Assembly: GCA_000146045.2 (NCBI GenBank)
Contig: BK006947.3
Span: 720,334 to 784,333, forward strand
DNA length: 64,000 nucleotides
DNA from: TPA_inf: Saccharomyces
Lineage: Eukaryota
Direction of reading: 5' to 3'
This document shows positions 45,042-57,268 of the stretch, one piece after another. The notes beneath the pieces are model-generated. The model saw nothing but the letters and a program-made list of their open reading frames with translations, ran no database searches and was not told where the DNA came from. A program made the translations under genes and the position numbers. Position 1 is the first letter of the stretch; every line of letters begins with the position of its first letter.

Positions 45042-48000
45042 ATGGAATGCGTTTCAGTAGAAGGTTTGGATTCTTCTTTTTTGGAGGGCCAAACCTTTGG
45101 CGATATTTTGTGTTTACCATGGACAATTATCAAGGGTATCCGTGAGCGGAAGAATCGCAATAAGATGAAGATCATTTTGAAGAATGTCAGTTTGCTGGCT
45201 AAATCAGGAGAGATGGTCCTTGTCCTAGGAAGACCAGGCGCTGGCTGTACATCATTTTTAAAGAGCGCTGCTGGTGAGACCAGTCAGTTTGCAGGTGGTG
45301 TAACAACAGGACATATATCGTACGATGGTATCCCTCAGAAAGAAATGATGCAACATTACAAGCCAGATGTAATCTATAATGGTGAGCAAGATGTTCATTT
45401 CCCACATTTGACAGTAAAACAAACTCTAGATTTTGCTATTTCCTGTAAGATGCCCGCAAAAAGAGTCAATAATGTAACGAAAGAAGAGTATATTACTGCC
45501 AATAGAGAATTCTATGCTAAAATTTTTGGTTTGACGCATACTTTCGATACCAAAGTTGGTAACGATTTCATCAGCGGTGTATCTGGAGGTGAGCGTAAAC
45601 GCGTTTCCATTGCTGAAGCATTAGCAGCGAAAGGTTCAATTTACTGCTGGGATAATGCTACAAGAGGTCTTGACTCTTCTACCGCGCTAGAATTTGCACG
45701 AGCTATTCGTACTATGACAAATCTGTTAGGTACAACGGCCCTTGTTACGGTTTACCAAGCCAGTGAAAACATTTATGAAACTTTTGATAAAGTCACTGTT
45801 CTATACGCTGGAAGACAAATATTTTGCGGCAAAACTACTGAAGCAAAAGATTATTTTGAAAACATGGGTTACTTGTGTCCACCGAGACAATCGACTGCTG
45901 AATATTTGACCGCAATTACTGATCCTAATGGTCTGCACGAAATAAAGCCTGGCTTTGAGTATCAAGTACCTCATACCGCTGATGAATTCGAAAAATACTG
46001 GCTTGATTCCCCAGAATATGCCCGCCTAAAAGGTGAAATTCAGAAGTACAAACATGAAGTGAATACTGAATGGACCAAAAAAACATACAATGAGTCTATG
46101 GCACAAGAAAAGTCGAAAGGTACAAGAAAAAAATCTTATTATACGGTCTCTTATTGGGAGCAAATTAGACTTTGCACTATTAGAGGTTTTCTAAGGATTT
46201 ACGGTGATAAGTCATACACCGTTATCAACACATGCGCTGCTATAGCACAGGCTTTTATCACTGGGTCATTGTTCTACCAAGCACCTTCTTCAACTCTAGG
46301 GGCCTTTTCTAGAAGTGGCGTTCTGTTTTTTTCCCTCTTATATTATTCTTTGATGGGTTTAGCTAATATTAGTTTCGAGCACAGGCCAATATTGCAAAAA
46401 CACAAGGTCTATTCACTATATCATCCCTCAGCTGAAGCGTTAGCAAGTACGATTTCTTCTTTTCCATTCAGAATGATTGGTCTAACATTTTTCATAATCA
46501 TCCTGTACTTCTTAGCCGGTTTGCATAGAAGCGCCGGTGCTTTTTTTACTATGTATTTGTTATTGACAATGTGTTCAGAAGCTATTACAAGTTTGTTTCA
46601 GATGGTTTCATCTTTATGCGATACATTGTCCCAGGCCAACTCCATTGCCGGTGTTGTGATGTTATCTATTGCCATGTATTCGACGTACATGATACAATTA
46701 CCTTCAATGCATCCATGGTTTAAGTGGATTTCGTACATTCTACCCATTAGATATGCATTTGAATCGATGTTAAATGCAGAATTTCATGGAAGACATATGG
46801 ATTGTGGTGGCACTTTGGTTCCTTCTGGACCTGGGTTTGAAAACATCTTGCCAGAAAATCAAGTGTGTGCTTTTGTTGGTTCAAGGCCTGGCCAATCTTG
46901 GGTCCTAGGTGATGATTATTTGAGGGCCCAATATCAATATGAGTACAAAAATACTTGGAGAAACTTCGGCATCATGTGGTGTTTCTTAATTGGCTACATC
47001 GTCTTGAGGGCGGTTTTCACTGAGTACAAAAGTCCTGTCAAAAGTGGTGGTGATGCTCTGGTCGTCAAGAAGGGCACAAAGAATGCTATACAAAGATCAT
47101 GGAGCAGCAAAAATGACGAAGAGAACCTTAATGCCTCTATAGCAACACAGGATATGAAAGAGATAGCTTCAAGTAACGACGATAGCACAAGTGCAGACTT
47201 TGAAGGTTTGGAATCTACCGGGGTGTTTATTTGGAAAAATGTTTCTTTCACAATTCCTCATTCTAGCGGACAACGTAAACTTCTGGACAGCGTAAGCGGT
47301 TACTGTGTTCCTGGTACTTTGACAGCATTAATAGGTGAGTCCGGCGCTGGTAAGACCACATTATTAAACACTTTGGCTCAAAGGAACGTGGGAACGATTA
47401 CTGGTGATATGTTAGTTGATGGTCTCCCAATGGACGCTAGTTTCAAAAGGCGTACCGGTTATGTTCAACAGCAAGATCTTCATGTTGCTGAACTTACTGT
47501 CAAAGAATCGCTACAATTTAGTGCTCGTATGCGTCGGCCACAGTCTATTCCTGACGCTGAAAAGATGGAATATGTTGAAAAAATTATATCTATTCTTGAA
47601 ATGCAGGAGTTCTCAGAAGCTCTTGTCGGCGAAATTGGTTACGGCTTGAATGTTGAACAGAGAAAGAAACTATCAATTGGCGTTGAGCTAGTTGGCAAGC
47701 CGGATCTGTTATTGTTTTTGGACGAACCGACCTCTGGCTTGGATTCCCAATCCGCGTGGGCCGTCGTCAAAATGTTAAAAAGATTAGCTCTAGCAGGTCA
47801 ATCAATTTTATGTACTATTCATCAACCATCAGCTACTCTTTTTGAACAGTTTGACAGATTATTGCTTTTGGGAAAAGGCGGTCAAACAATTTATTTTGGT
47901 GAAATAGGTAAAAATTCAAGTTCTGTCATTAAGTATTTCGAAAAGAACGGAGCCAGGAAATGTCAACAAAATGAAAATCCGGCAGAGTATATTTTAGAAG

Positions 48001-49043
48001 CCATAGGAGCTGGGGCCACCGCTTCTGTTCAACAGAACTGGCCTGATATATGGCAAAAATCTCACGAGTATGCAAACATTAACGAAAAAATAAATGACAT
48101 GATTAAGGACTTATCTTCTACAACTTTGCATAAAACAGCTACAAGGGCCTCTAAGTATGCAACATCGTATTCCTACCAATTCCATCATGTGCTGAAAAGA
48201 TCCAGTTTAACATTTTGGAGAAACTTGAACTACATCATGGCCAAAATGATGTTATTGATGATCAGTGGCTTGTTCATTGGTTTTACCTTTTTCCATGTGG
48301 GTGTAAATGCTATTGGATTACAAAATAGCTTATTTGCCTGTTTCATGGCTATCGTTATATCAGCTCCTGCAACAAACCAAATACAGGAGCGTGCTACCGT
48401 TGCTAAGGAGCTATATGAAGTTCGTGAGTCCAAATCTAATATGTTTCATTGGTCTTTACTTTTGATTACCCATTATTTAAATGAATTGCCTTACCATTTA
48501 TTGTTTTCAACAATTTTTTTCGTTTCATCATATTTCCCTCTGGGTGTCTTTACCGAAGCCTCTAGGTCAAGTGTTTTTTATCTGAACTATGCCATACTTT
48601 TTCAACTTTACTATATTGGTCTTGCTTTAATGATTCTGTACATGTCTCCAAATCTACAATCTGCCAATGTTATTGTAGGTTTTATACTTTCGTTTTTGCT
48701 CTCTTTCTGCGGTGCTGTCCAACCTGCCTCTTTAATGCCTGGTTTCTGGACATTCATGTGGAAACTATCCCCTTACACGTATTTTTTGCAAAATTTAGTT
48801 GGATTATTGATGCATGACAAACCCGTAAGATGTTCAAAGAAAGAGTTGTCTCTTTTCAACCCCCCGGTAGGCCAAACATGTGGTGAATTTACCAAACCGT
48901 TTTTTGAATTTGGGACTGGGTATATTGCAAATCCAGATGCAACAGCAGATTGCGCCTATTGTCAGTACAAAGTAGGTGATGAATACTTGGCGCGCATAAA
49001 TGCTAGCTTTAGTTACTTATGGAGAAACTTCGGTTTCATTTAG
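45042..49043 (+). CDS. PDR18: PDR-subfamily ABC transporter (NBD-TMD-NBD-TMD), 1333 aa.
   Basis: ATG verified; two Walker A motifs (GRPGAGCTSFLK, GESGAGKTTLLN) and two ABC-2 membrane domains. Snq2-like. Confidence 0.88.
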   Translation: MECVSVEGLDSSFLEGQTFGDILCLPWTIIKGIRERKNRNKMKIILKNVSLLAKSGEMVLVLGRPGAGCTSFLKSAAGETSQFAGGVTTGHISYDGIPQKEMMQHYKPDVIYNGEQDVHFPHLTVKQTLDFAISCKMPAKRVNNVTKEEYITANREFYAKIFGLTHTFDTKVGNDFISGVSGGERKRVSIAEALAAKGSIYCWDNATRGLDSSTALEFARAIRTMTNLLGTTALVTVYQASENIYETFDKVTVLYAGRQIFCGKTTEAKDYFENMGYLCPPRQSTAEYLTAITDPNGLHEIKPGFEYQVPHTADEFEKYWLDSPEYARLKGEIQKYKHEVNTEWTKKTYNESMAQEKSKGTRKKSYYTVSYWEQIRLCTIRGFLRIYGDKSYTVINTCAAIAQAFITGSLFYQAPSSTLGAFSRSGVLFFSLLYYSLMGLANISFEHRPILQKHKVYSLYHPSAEALASTISSFPFRMIGLTFFIIILYFLAGLHRSAGAFFTMYLLLTMCSEAITSLFQMVSSLCDTLSQANSIAGVVMLSIAMYSTYMIQLPSMHPWFKWISYILPIRYAFESMLNAEFHGRHMDCGGTLVPSGPGFENILPENQVCAFVGSRPGQSWVLGDDYLRAQYQYEYKNTWRNFGIMWCFLIGYIVLRAVFTEYKSPVKSGGDALVVKKGTKNAIQRSWSSKNDEENLNASIATQDMKEIASSNDDSTSADFEGLESTGVFIWKNVSFTIPHSSGQRKLLDSVSGYCVPGTLTALIGESGAGKTTLLNTLAQRNVGTITGDMLVDGLPMDASFKRRTGYVQQQDLHVAELTVKESLQFSARMRRPQSIPDAEKMEYVEKIISILEMQEFSEALVGEIGYGLNVEQRKKLSIGVELVGKPDLLLFLDEPTSGLDSQSAWAVVKMLKRLALAGQSILCTIHQPSATLFEQFDRLLLLGKGGQTIYFGEIGKNSSSVIKYFEKNGARKCQQNENPAEYILEAIGAGATASVQQNWPDIWQKSHEYANINEKINDMIKDLSSTTLHKTATRASKYATSYSYQFHHVLKRSSLTFWRNLNYIMAKMMLLMISGLFIGFTFFHVGVNAIGLQNSLFACFMAIVISAPATNQIQERATVAKELYEVRESKSNMFHWSLLLITHYLNELPYHLLFSTIFFVSSYFPLGVFTEASRSSVFYLNYAILFQLYYIGLALMILYMSPNLQSANVIVGFILSFLLSFCGAVQPASLMPGFWTFMWKLSPYTYFLQNLVGLLMHDKPVRCSKKELSLFNPPVGQTCGEFTKPFFEFGTGYIANPDATADCAYCQYKVGDEYLARINASFSYLWRNFGFI

Positions 49044-50106
49044 GCTTATATCCTTTTCAACATTGCCGGTATGATTGTGGTTTATTACGTTGTTCAAGTT
49101 AAGCATTTTTCCCCTATGAAAATTGGCTTCGTAAAAAGAATAACAAGTAAATTTAAGAGAAAATGAAGAAAAAAATTGCAGGTATACTATGGGTGCAGGT
49201 GAGGCGGTTTTTTAACCGATTTAGCACACGATACTGTGAATTTTGGGTTATATGATGATGTGAATATTGCAGAAATGTAATGTTATATTATTCAAAGAAA
49301 TAGGGTAACTTCTATTTATGCAAACATTGGTAATCAAGGCTATAAACACATAATCCCAAATAAGTATTTTGGTACACAGTTGATGTTTCTTTATGAATAC
49401 GACTCATTAGTTCACTGTCAAATTGCCAACGTTCAGAGGGACCTACTTACAGAGCGTATGTTTTATATTTACGACGAACGCGATCTAATTATTATCCGCT
49501 GGTTAAACAGCGTAATAATGTTCATAGGGGCCTTGCATGACATTTGAATTTGAACATTACTAGAGTTCGTGAAATTTTGTCAATGAAAAAATAATGTGAC
49601 AAACGTCTGCAAATAACCTGAAGAATTTTATCCGGGATAACGACAAAGCGTTAAATATAGAAACATAGTGAATGTACTGCTAGGAAAAAAATAGGCATAA
49701 TTTAATCTTTATTCATATAAATGTTTTTACCAGAACTCTCTTGGTAGATAGTTTTGATATACGGTTTCCTGCTCAATTTTAGTGAGGCTGGGACGTAAAG
49801 TATTTTTTTCAAATAAACCATTTCTTGTTTCTACCTTTTTAGTACGGATTTTTTTTAGTAAGTTCTGTATTCTTTTTTAAGAGTAAAAAATATTCAGACC
49901 CCAAACTCACAAAAAGCCTACAGAGTCCGCCTGTTACGCTCAATTTAGTACTACCACTTGTGATAATATTTATTTTGGGACAGGTCCAAAAACTTTTAGG
50001 TTTAAACGTACAAACGTTGAGTTTAATCTAGATCATATATCATTATAAAGGTTTTATCTACAAGCAAGTGAAGAAACGTAACAAACGTAAAAAGCTTCAG
50101 CCTCAC

Positions 50107-51135
50107 CTAAATATCGAATTTGTACTGAGTCTTTGAAGTGTATACCTCGCCGCGCTTCAGAAGAACACAACCTCTCCACTCATCACGGTTGATAGCATCA
50201 ACGTATCTACCTTGCTGAACGGCAAATCCAGACCTTGGCACAAATTTGCCACATAAATTATCACCGGTGTACAAATGAACGGTTGGTTCTGTCGTCGAAA
50301 CCTCAAATTTGATGTGAGATTCGGGATGATAGGCCTTAAAAACAGGAACCAATTTGTTGACACTCACAGAATCTGTAGTCTTCAAATCCTTGTTAGCGTC
50401 AATAATGAAAGTGCAATCAAAGACCGGAGTATCTTCATGCAAAACGGTGGGCTTAGTTGAATCAAAAGTAGCAATGTTCCTTTCAATGATCTTACCAGTT
50501 GGAAGCAATGCCCCCTCTGTAACTTCAAGCGATTTGTTCGAGCAGACCTTAACTTCTGTACCACGAATGGACTTCTCACTCTTGACTTTGTTCAAGTTAA
50601 AATACGAGTGGTTGGTCATATTAATTGGAGTAGCATCACCACGAACTAACTGTGCTTGGTATTCCATGTCTAAAGTCATTTCTGCAACATTCAAAGTGTA
50701 CTTCACTGTGACTTCCAAGTCACCTGGAAACTCGTTAGGGTTGGGCTGTGTGTGATCATCCAACAATTTAAATTCAACAACGTAAACGCCCTTGGAAGGA
50801 TTCTCAACAGGGGACGCCTTGTACTGCTTAAGATTTAAGGAACTGATACTGCTGTGATTTGTGTTACCACAATTGTTAACAGTTAACTTGTGAGGACCAT
50901 CATCCAGGCTGAAAACACCCTTGGCGATACGGTTGGCATAACGACCAACTGTAGCGCCCATCATGTTACCATCTGTTAAATAGTCTTGTACGTTTGAATA
51001 ACCTTGAACGACTGATTGGCCGTTTACCTTCAGGTCTACCAAAGTTGCACCAAGTGGCGCAATGGTAGCTTGGAACTTTTTCTCATCACCAATTGTAATG
51101 ACACCATACTTATTATCACCGTTACTATTTGACAT
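50107..51135 (-). CDS. YNR071C: Aldose 1-epimerase (mutarotase)-like protein, 342 aa.
   Basis: ATG verified; galactose-mutarotase-like fold and motifs (similar to the Gal10 C-terminal domain). Confidence 0.85.
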
Positions 51136-52282
51136 TTCGCTGTTTGTTATCTGTTTTGATTTTTTTTTTCACTGCTTATCATACAAACTGATCAATTGAG
51201 CTATCAAACTTCAACTTATCTCTGTATTTATATGCTGAAAGTATAGAGTGTACATAAAAATGTATCACATGTCTATTACATATTACGACACCCCCACAAT
51301 ATTTTAACTGATCTTAATAACACGGGGTAGGAAGTTTATTTCATCATACCACTCAATGAGCTAAGCTGCCAAAGGCTCCTGTTCACTTCCTTGTGGTTCG
51401 TAGGCTATTCAGTGGCAACGTAATAAACAAGAAAAGAAAAAATTTCAACACCTTTATTCTAAATGTTGTCAGAAGTAATTATAGTGGGGGTATTGCAGAT
51501 GTAAATGAAATACGACGTACTGTGGGGGGCTTTTCTTTTTCAAGAATCCTAAACTATTCCAATGGGATTGCGTGATTATGTTTCGTTAGAGTTTTTTTCT
51601 ATATCTCCGTTCTTATTTCTTAAGTCCGCCCCTTGCTGTAACCAGCCCGGCTATTATTTGACGAATTTTTCACATCTTCATTCCTTGCCGAGAAAGAAGC
51701 TTTTGCCTCCCTGGGGTTATTATAAAATATATCTGACGTCACTGGTTTGCAGCCAAAAAGTTTAATTATTTTAACTTCAAGGGTTCGTTTCGGAGTAAAT
51801 AGTCAATGCACAAAATAGGAAGGTGGAGGTGGGGTATGCATTTTTGTGCATAGAGTGGCGGGGTATTAAGAATAATGCACATATAGGCACATAGGCACAA
51901 ATGCGTGGGATGACTTGACTGTGCAAAGACCGTTAGCAACCTAGAATGTGGAATAGTATCCCAAATGATGACGTAAACGTTCGAGGATAATATTAGATAA
52001 TATAATATTAGTATCCTCGTCTAAAAACAGGCAAAATAGCACGGAATCTATTCAAAAGAAGGCGGCAAGCAGTATCAATTGAGATAAGTGTATACGAACG
52101 GTGAAACCTCCTTGGCACAGAATTTTATCGTTCAAGTGGTAGGATAGCATTGCTGCCATAACACCCTCCTTAATCACAGGATAATATGGTGAACGAGATA
52201 TATAAAGCGATAAGTTTAGGTGTGATATTTTTCTTTCGTTGTGCAAGTGTTGTGTAAATTCTTTCTCATTTGATAAATCAAA

Positions 52283-52314
<32 letters not shown>

Positions 52315-52323
52315 ATTAATAAA

Positions 52324-54018
52324 ATGCAATCATCCACTGAAAGTGATAGAGATATTCAGGATGGTCCTGATGCTGATATTCACGTCGCACCACCCGTGGA
52401 AAAAGAGTGGTCAGATGGATTTGATGACAACGAAGTCATAAACGGGGATAACGTTGAGCCACCAAAAAGAGGGCTCATAGGTTATCTTGTCATTTACTTA
52501 TTGTGTTATCCAATATCCTTCGGGGGTTTCCTGCCTGGTTGGGATAGTGGTATCACAGCAGGTTTCATTAACATGGACAACTTTAAAATGAACTTCGGTT
52601 CTTACAAGCATAGCACTGGTGAATATTATTTGAGCAACGTGCGTATGGGTCTTCTTGTGGCTATGTTCAGTATTGGATGTGCCATAGGTGGTCTTATTTT
52701 TGCCCGTCTTGCTGATACTTTAGGTAGAAGGCTGGCAATTGTAATCGTGGTGTTGGTATATATGGTTGGTGCAATTATTCAGATCAGTTCGAATCACAAA
52801 TGGTACCAATACTTCGTTGGTAAGATTATCTATGGTCTTGGTGCTGGTGGCTGTTCGGTGTTGTGTCCAATGCTTTTGTCTGAAATAGCTCCTACAGATT
52901 TGAGAGGTGGACTTGTCTCATTGTACCAACTTAACATGACCTTCGGTATTTTCTTGGGTTATTGTAGCGTTTATGGTACGAGAAAATACGATAACACTGC
53001 ACAATGGAGAGTCCCACTTGGGCTTTGCTTTTTATGGACTTTGATTATCATCATTGGTATGTTATTGGTTCCAGAGTCCCCAAGATATCTTATTGAATGT
53101 GAGAGACACGAAGAGGCCCGTGCTTCCATTGCCAAAATCAACAAGGTTTCACCAGAGGATCCATGGGTACTCAAACAGGCTGATGAAATCAACGCCGGTG
53201 TCCTTGCCCAAAGAGAACTAGGAGAAGCTTCATGGAAAGAACTTTTCTCCGTCAAAACTAAAGTCCTTCAACGTTTGATCACAGGTATTCTTGTGCAAAC
53301 CTTTTTGCAACTTACTGGTGAAAACTACTTTTTCTTCTACGGAACTACCATTTTCAAATCAGTCGGTCTTACTGATGGGTTTGAGACGTCGATCGTTCTA
53401 GGTACAGTGAACTTCTTTTCCACTATTATTGCTGTTATGGTCGTAGACAAAATTGGCCGTCGTAAATGTCTTTTATTTGGTGCAGCTGGGATGATGGCTT
53501 GTATGGTCATATTTGCAAGTATCGGGGTGAAATGTCTTTACCCTCATGGCCAGGATGGTCCATCCTCAAAAGGTGCAGGTAATGCCATGATTGTGTTCAC
53601 TTGCTTCTATATATTTTGCTTTGCAACGACATGGGCTCCTGTTGCTTATATTGTGGTTGCCGAGTCGTTCCCTTCGAAGGTCAAATCTAGGGCCATGTCG
53701 ATTTCGACTGCATGCAACTGGTTGTGGCAATTTTTGATCGGGTTTTTCACACCATTCATTACTGGGTCTATCCACTTCTATTATGGTTATGTGTTCGTAG
53801 GTTGTTTGGTTGCAATGTTTCTGTACGTTTTCTTCTTTTTACCAGAAACGATTGGTCTATCTTTGGAGGAAATCCAATTACTATATGAAGAAGGTATAAA
53901 ACCATGGAAATCTGCATCTTGGGTCCCACCTTCTAGGAGAGGTATTCCTTCCGAAGAAAGTAAGACCGAGAAGAAGGATTGGAAGAAATTTTTGAAGTTC
54001 TCAAAGGGTTCTGATTGA
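52324..54018 (+). CDS. HXT17: Hexose/polyol transporter of the HXT family, 564 aa.
   Basis: The track ORF starts at a TTG 18 codons upstream; the first ATG at 52324 gives MQSSTESDRD.... Sugar-porter signatures are present (PESPR, PETIGLSLEE). Confidence 0.88.
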   Translation: MQSSTESDRDIQDGPDADIHVAPPVEKEWSDGFDDNEVINGDNVEPPKRGLIGYLVIYLLCYPISFGGFLPGWDSGITAGFINMDNFKMNFGSYKHSTGEYYLSNVRMGLLVAMFSIGCAIGGLIFARLADTLGRRLAIVIVVLVYMVGAIIQISSNHKWYQYFVGKIIYGLGAGGCSVLCPMLLSEIAPTDLRGGLVSLYQLNMTFGIFLGYCSVYGTRKYDNTAQWRVPLGLCFLWTLIIIIGMLLVPESPRYLIECERHEEARASIAKINKVSPEDPWVLKQADEINAGVLAQRELGEASWKELFSVKTKVLQRLITGILVQTFLQLTGENYFFFYGTTIFKSVGLTDGFETSIVLGTVNFFSTIIAVMVVDKIGRRKCLLFGAAGMMACMVIFASIGVKCLYPHGQDGPSSKGAGNAMIVFTCFYIFCFATTWAPVAYIVVAESFPSKVKSRAMSISTACNWLWQFLIGFFTPFITGSIHFYYGYVFVGCLVAMFLYVFFFLPETIGLSLEEIQLLYEEGIKPWKSASWVPPSRRGIPSEESKTEKKDWKKFLKFSKGSD

Positions 54019-54458
54019 TCATAGAGTGCATATGCTTGTCTTGATAGGCAACATTGTATATTATATTTTACATAATAATGTGTAATTCTAATTTGTCACG
54101 AATTTATGAAGATTCTTGGAGCTATGAAGATCAACATATGTAGAAACTGGTATGTGTCATAGGTAAAAAGTATTCATTAAGACAAAATTGTGTCTAATTC
54201 TTAGTCATTTATTCAATTTTTTTTTTTTTTTTTTACGTAAAGCGGGGTGGAGTGACATGATATGGTGATGGTGATGAGAAACTCTAAATGGATCCATTTG
54301 ACTATCGATTGAAAATCATGAAAGATGCGCTTGAAGGAACATAACACGTTACTATTTGTCTAAATAAAACAATATACAAAAATACGACATTATATATACT
54401 CTACCCAAGATATTTAGTCATTACTATCGAGGGCGCGTAGATCAGATCACCTTTAAAA

Positions 54459-55967
54459 TCACACTTGGTCTAAAATTTCCTTAATAGCGGCAATTGGCCC
54501 TTTATCATAAACTGTTTCTAGGGAGTGGGTCAACTGTGCAACGAATTCTTTGTTGTCACGAATCTCAGGACTGAAAAGCACCTCAATGTTGAGCAGTTCG
54601 TGAGGATCTTTACCACCCTTAACTGCGGCTGCCTTCAAGGTTGGTGCCATAGGATCCTCGATTTCGAATGGCTTCCCATTCATGTCTACACCAGTCAGGT
54701 AACGGAACCAGCCAGCAACACATACTGCCAATAACTTGTACTTACCATCTGGTTTACGCAATTGCTCGTAAATTGATGGCAAAACATACTTAGGCATCTT
54801 ACCAGAGCCCATCAAACAAATACGTGCGACAGTGTCCTGAATAGCTGGATTGGAGAATCTTTCCAACACTGATGCAGTGTACTCTTCGAAATCAACACCT
54901 GGCACTTTAGGCAATAATGGGATAACTTCCTCACGCATCAAAACACGGATATACTTGTTGATAGTTGGGTCGTTGACAACCTCATGTATATAGGTGTAGC
55001 CTGCCAAGTATCCCAAATATCCCATAGCAGAATGTCCACCGTTAAGTAGACGCAACTTCATCAATTCGTAGGAATCGACATCCTTGACGACCTGAACACC
55101 AACAAGTTCCCATGGAGGACGGCCATCGGAGAAGTTGTCTTCAAGAACCCATTGGATGAAAGGTTCTGCGACAACGGGACATTGATCCTTGATTCCCCAG
55201 GTGTCAGCAACGTATTTACGCTCTTTATCGGTACAACGTGGGGTCACACGGTCCACCATGCTGTTAGGAGAAGTAACCTTGTCTTCAATCCAGGCGGCGA
55301 ATTTCTCATCCTTCTTTAACTTGGCAAATGCAACAAGCATGGTCTTTACTGTGACACCATTTTGGGGCATGTTGTCACATGACATAATAGTGAATGGGGT
55401 AAGACCTCTCTTGTAACGCAACAACAGGGCCTCATATAGATACCCATACAGAGTATCTGGCTTTTCTGGGTGGTTCAAATCATTGATAATCTCGGGAGCA
55501 TCTGTCATTAAGGAGTTTGTTGCTTCACTGTGGTAGTAACCGTTTTCTGTGACCGTCAAAGAAACAATGTGTGTGTCTGGATTGGCCATCTTTTCAATAA
55601 CAGCTCTTGGATCATCGGGAGCGTACATGTAAGCAGTAATAGAACCGACGATATAAGCGTTAGTGTCCTTGATACCACGCTCCACAAGGGTGTATAGGCA
55701 ATCTTGGGCCTTCATGGCATCGCGCATAAGTGCATCTGCTTTCATTAAACCAACACCACATATGGACCAATCCTTTAAGTGGTGCTCCTGCATCAGACGG
55801 TGCATGAAAACAGCTAAATGGGAACGGTGGAATGCACCGACTCCCAGATGAACAATACCTTGTTTAACACCTTCTCTTGGATAAGTTGGTATTGGAAGAG
55901 TGGATTCAAAACTCTTTAGAGTTTTGGCATTCAAGCTGGTAGCTGTTGTTTCGTCTGATTTTGTCAT
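54459..55967 (-). CDS. MAN2: Mannitol dehydrogenase-family oxidoreductase, 502 aa.
   Basis: ATG verified; N-terminal Rossmann fold (VHLGVGAFHRSH) plus a mannitol-DH C-terminal domain. Confidence 0.85.
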   Translation of the reverse strand: MTKSDETTATSLNAKTLKSFESTLPIPTYPREGVKQGIVHLGVGAFHRSHLAVFMHRLMQEHHLKDWSICGVGLMKADALMRDAMKAQDCLYTLVERGIKDTNAYIVGSITAYMYAPDDPRAVIEKMANPDTHIVSLTVTENGYYHSEATNSLMTDAPEIINDLNHPEKPDTLYGYLYEALLLRYKRGLTPFTIMSCDNMPQNGVTVKTMLVAFAKLKKDEKFAAWIEDKVTSPNSMVDRVTPRCTDKERKYVADTWGIKDQCPVVAEPFIQWVLEDNFSDGRPPWELVGVQVVKDVDSYELMKLRLLNGGHSAMGYLGYLAGYTYIHEVVNDPTINKYIRVLMREEVIPLLPKVPGVDFEEYTASVLERFSNPAIQDTVARICLMGSGKMPKYVLPSIYEQLRKPDGKYKLLAVCVAGWFRYLTGVDMNGKPFEIEDPMAPTLKAAAVKGGKDPHELLNIEVLFSPEIRDNKEFVAQLTHSLETVYDKGPIAAIKEILDQV

Positions 55968-57218
55968 ATTTTTTTTTTTGTTTAAATTGTTACTTTTTCT
56001 TTTTAGTTTTCTCTGATTATTTTTGTTTATTTTTATTGGAGTTATACGGAAAGATCTAGACGAAGTGGAAATCTTAACAATTGGATAATAAATGTTCGCT
56101 ATTTATATGCAAAAAATGAATGAATTTTGAACTATGAGTCTGCAACCACTGTAACCTCCTTCCTCCTAGAATATGATTGTTTCGAACTTATTTGGAAACG
56201 CTAAAAGTGATTCTTGATTATTTCTAGACTTTGCGATGCCCTCTCCGACCACCACAGCAGAATATACGAGGTATCCGTCCATATATCCACCACTGATGCG
56301 CAAGCTTAATTGGTTCACGTCCGCACGAAAAGTTTATAAAATGACGTATCATGGGGGGGAGTGTTGAATCAAAAAAGTGGCGAGCTAAAAATAAAAGAAA
56401 AGTGTACGTGGAATGAACTGTTTGCTGAGCTCATCCTACGGTCATTTTAGCCCGTGCCAAGGGAAAGTGACTATACGGTGGGGTATCGCGGGGTAAGGAG
56501 ACTCAGGTACAAAGGCAAAAATCAAGATAGGCACATAAGAAGGCACGAAACTACCCCACGTTTCAAGTTTTGCTATATCCCTTATTTATTGCGCGCCCTG
56601 CAGGAAAATAAGTTTTAGGCACTTAAAAAATAAAGTTCCCGGGGTCAATTTCTGGTAGTGGCAAGCAAAGTATACTGAAGTTGGCAAGCAACACGTAGCC
56701 TCTGCATATATCGGCCTTTCTCGGAATGAAATAATCAAAAAAATATTATGCGGGAAGCCGCTGTTTTATTGAGCATTCTAATGCTTTCTTTTTCCCAGCA
56801 CCTAAACCACACAATACTTTACTCCAGTTCCGTATTTGCCCCTCCCATGGCATCACGCCTATACCTTAACTGTTAATTCTCACCGTCCCCATTATACTAG
56901 GTTTAAAAAAGAAGGTGGTCAATCCTGTTGATATCTGTATCTCTATATAACAAAACTTCGGTATAAAACATTCACACTTCGAGTAAAATCAGTACCTATC
57001 TTCATGGACCCTCCAAAATGTCAAATTGTTATCAAGCGATTGATAACTCTAATGCACAGGTGTAATACCGTTTTACTACTGTCAAAGAAACTACATATAG
57101 TGTGAGAATCCAAAGCTAACATTTTCGAGTAACTTCGGGTTTTAATAGATTATTATCTGAATGCGAAGTTCAACATTTGTTGTTTCCAGCGGCCTTCTTT
57201 GTTTCACAATACAGAAAC

Positions 57219-57247
57219 TAATATATATATATATATATATATATATA
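57219..57247. repeat. (TA)14-15 dinucleotide microsatellite just 3' of AIF1.
   Basis: Uninterrupted TATATA... run read directly. Confidence 0.9.
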
Positions 57248-57268
57248 CGCTGCAGTTCATATTTTAGT

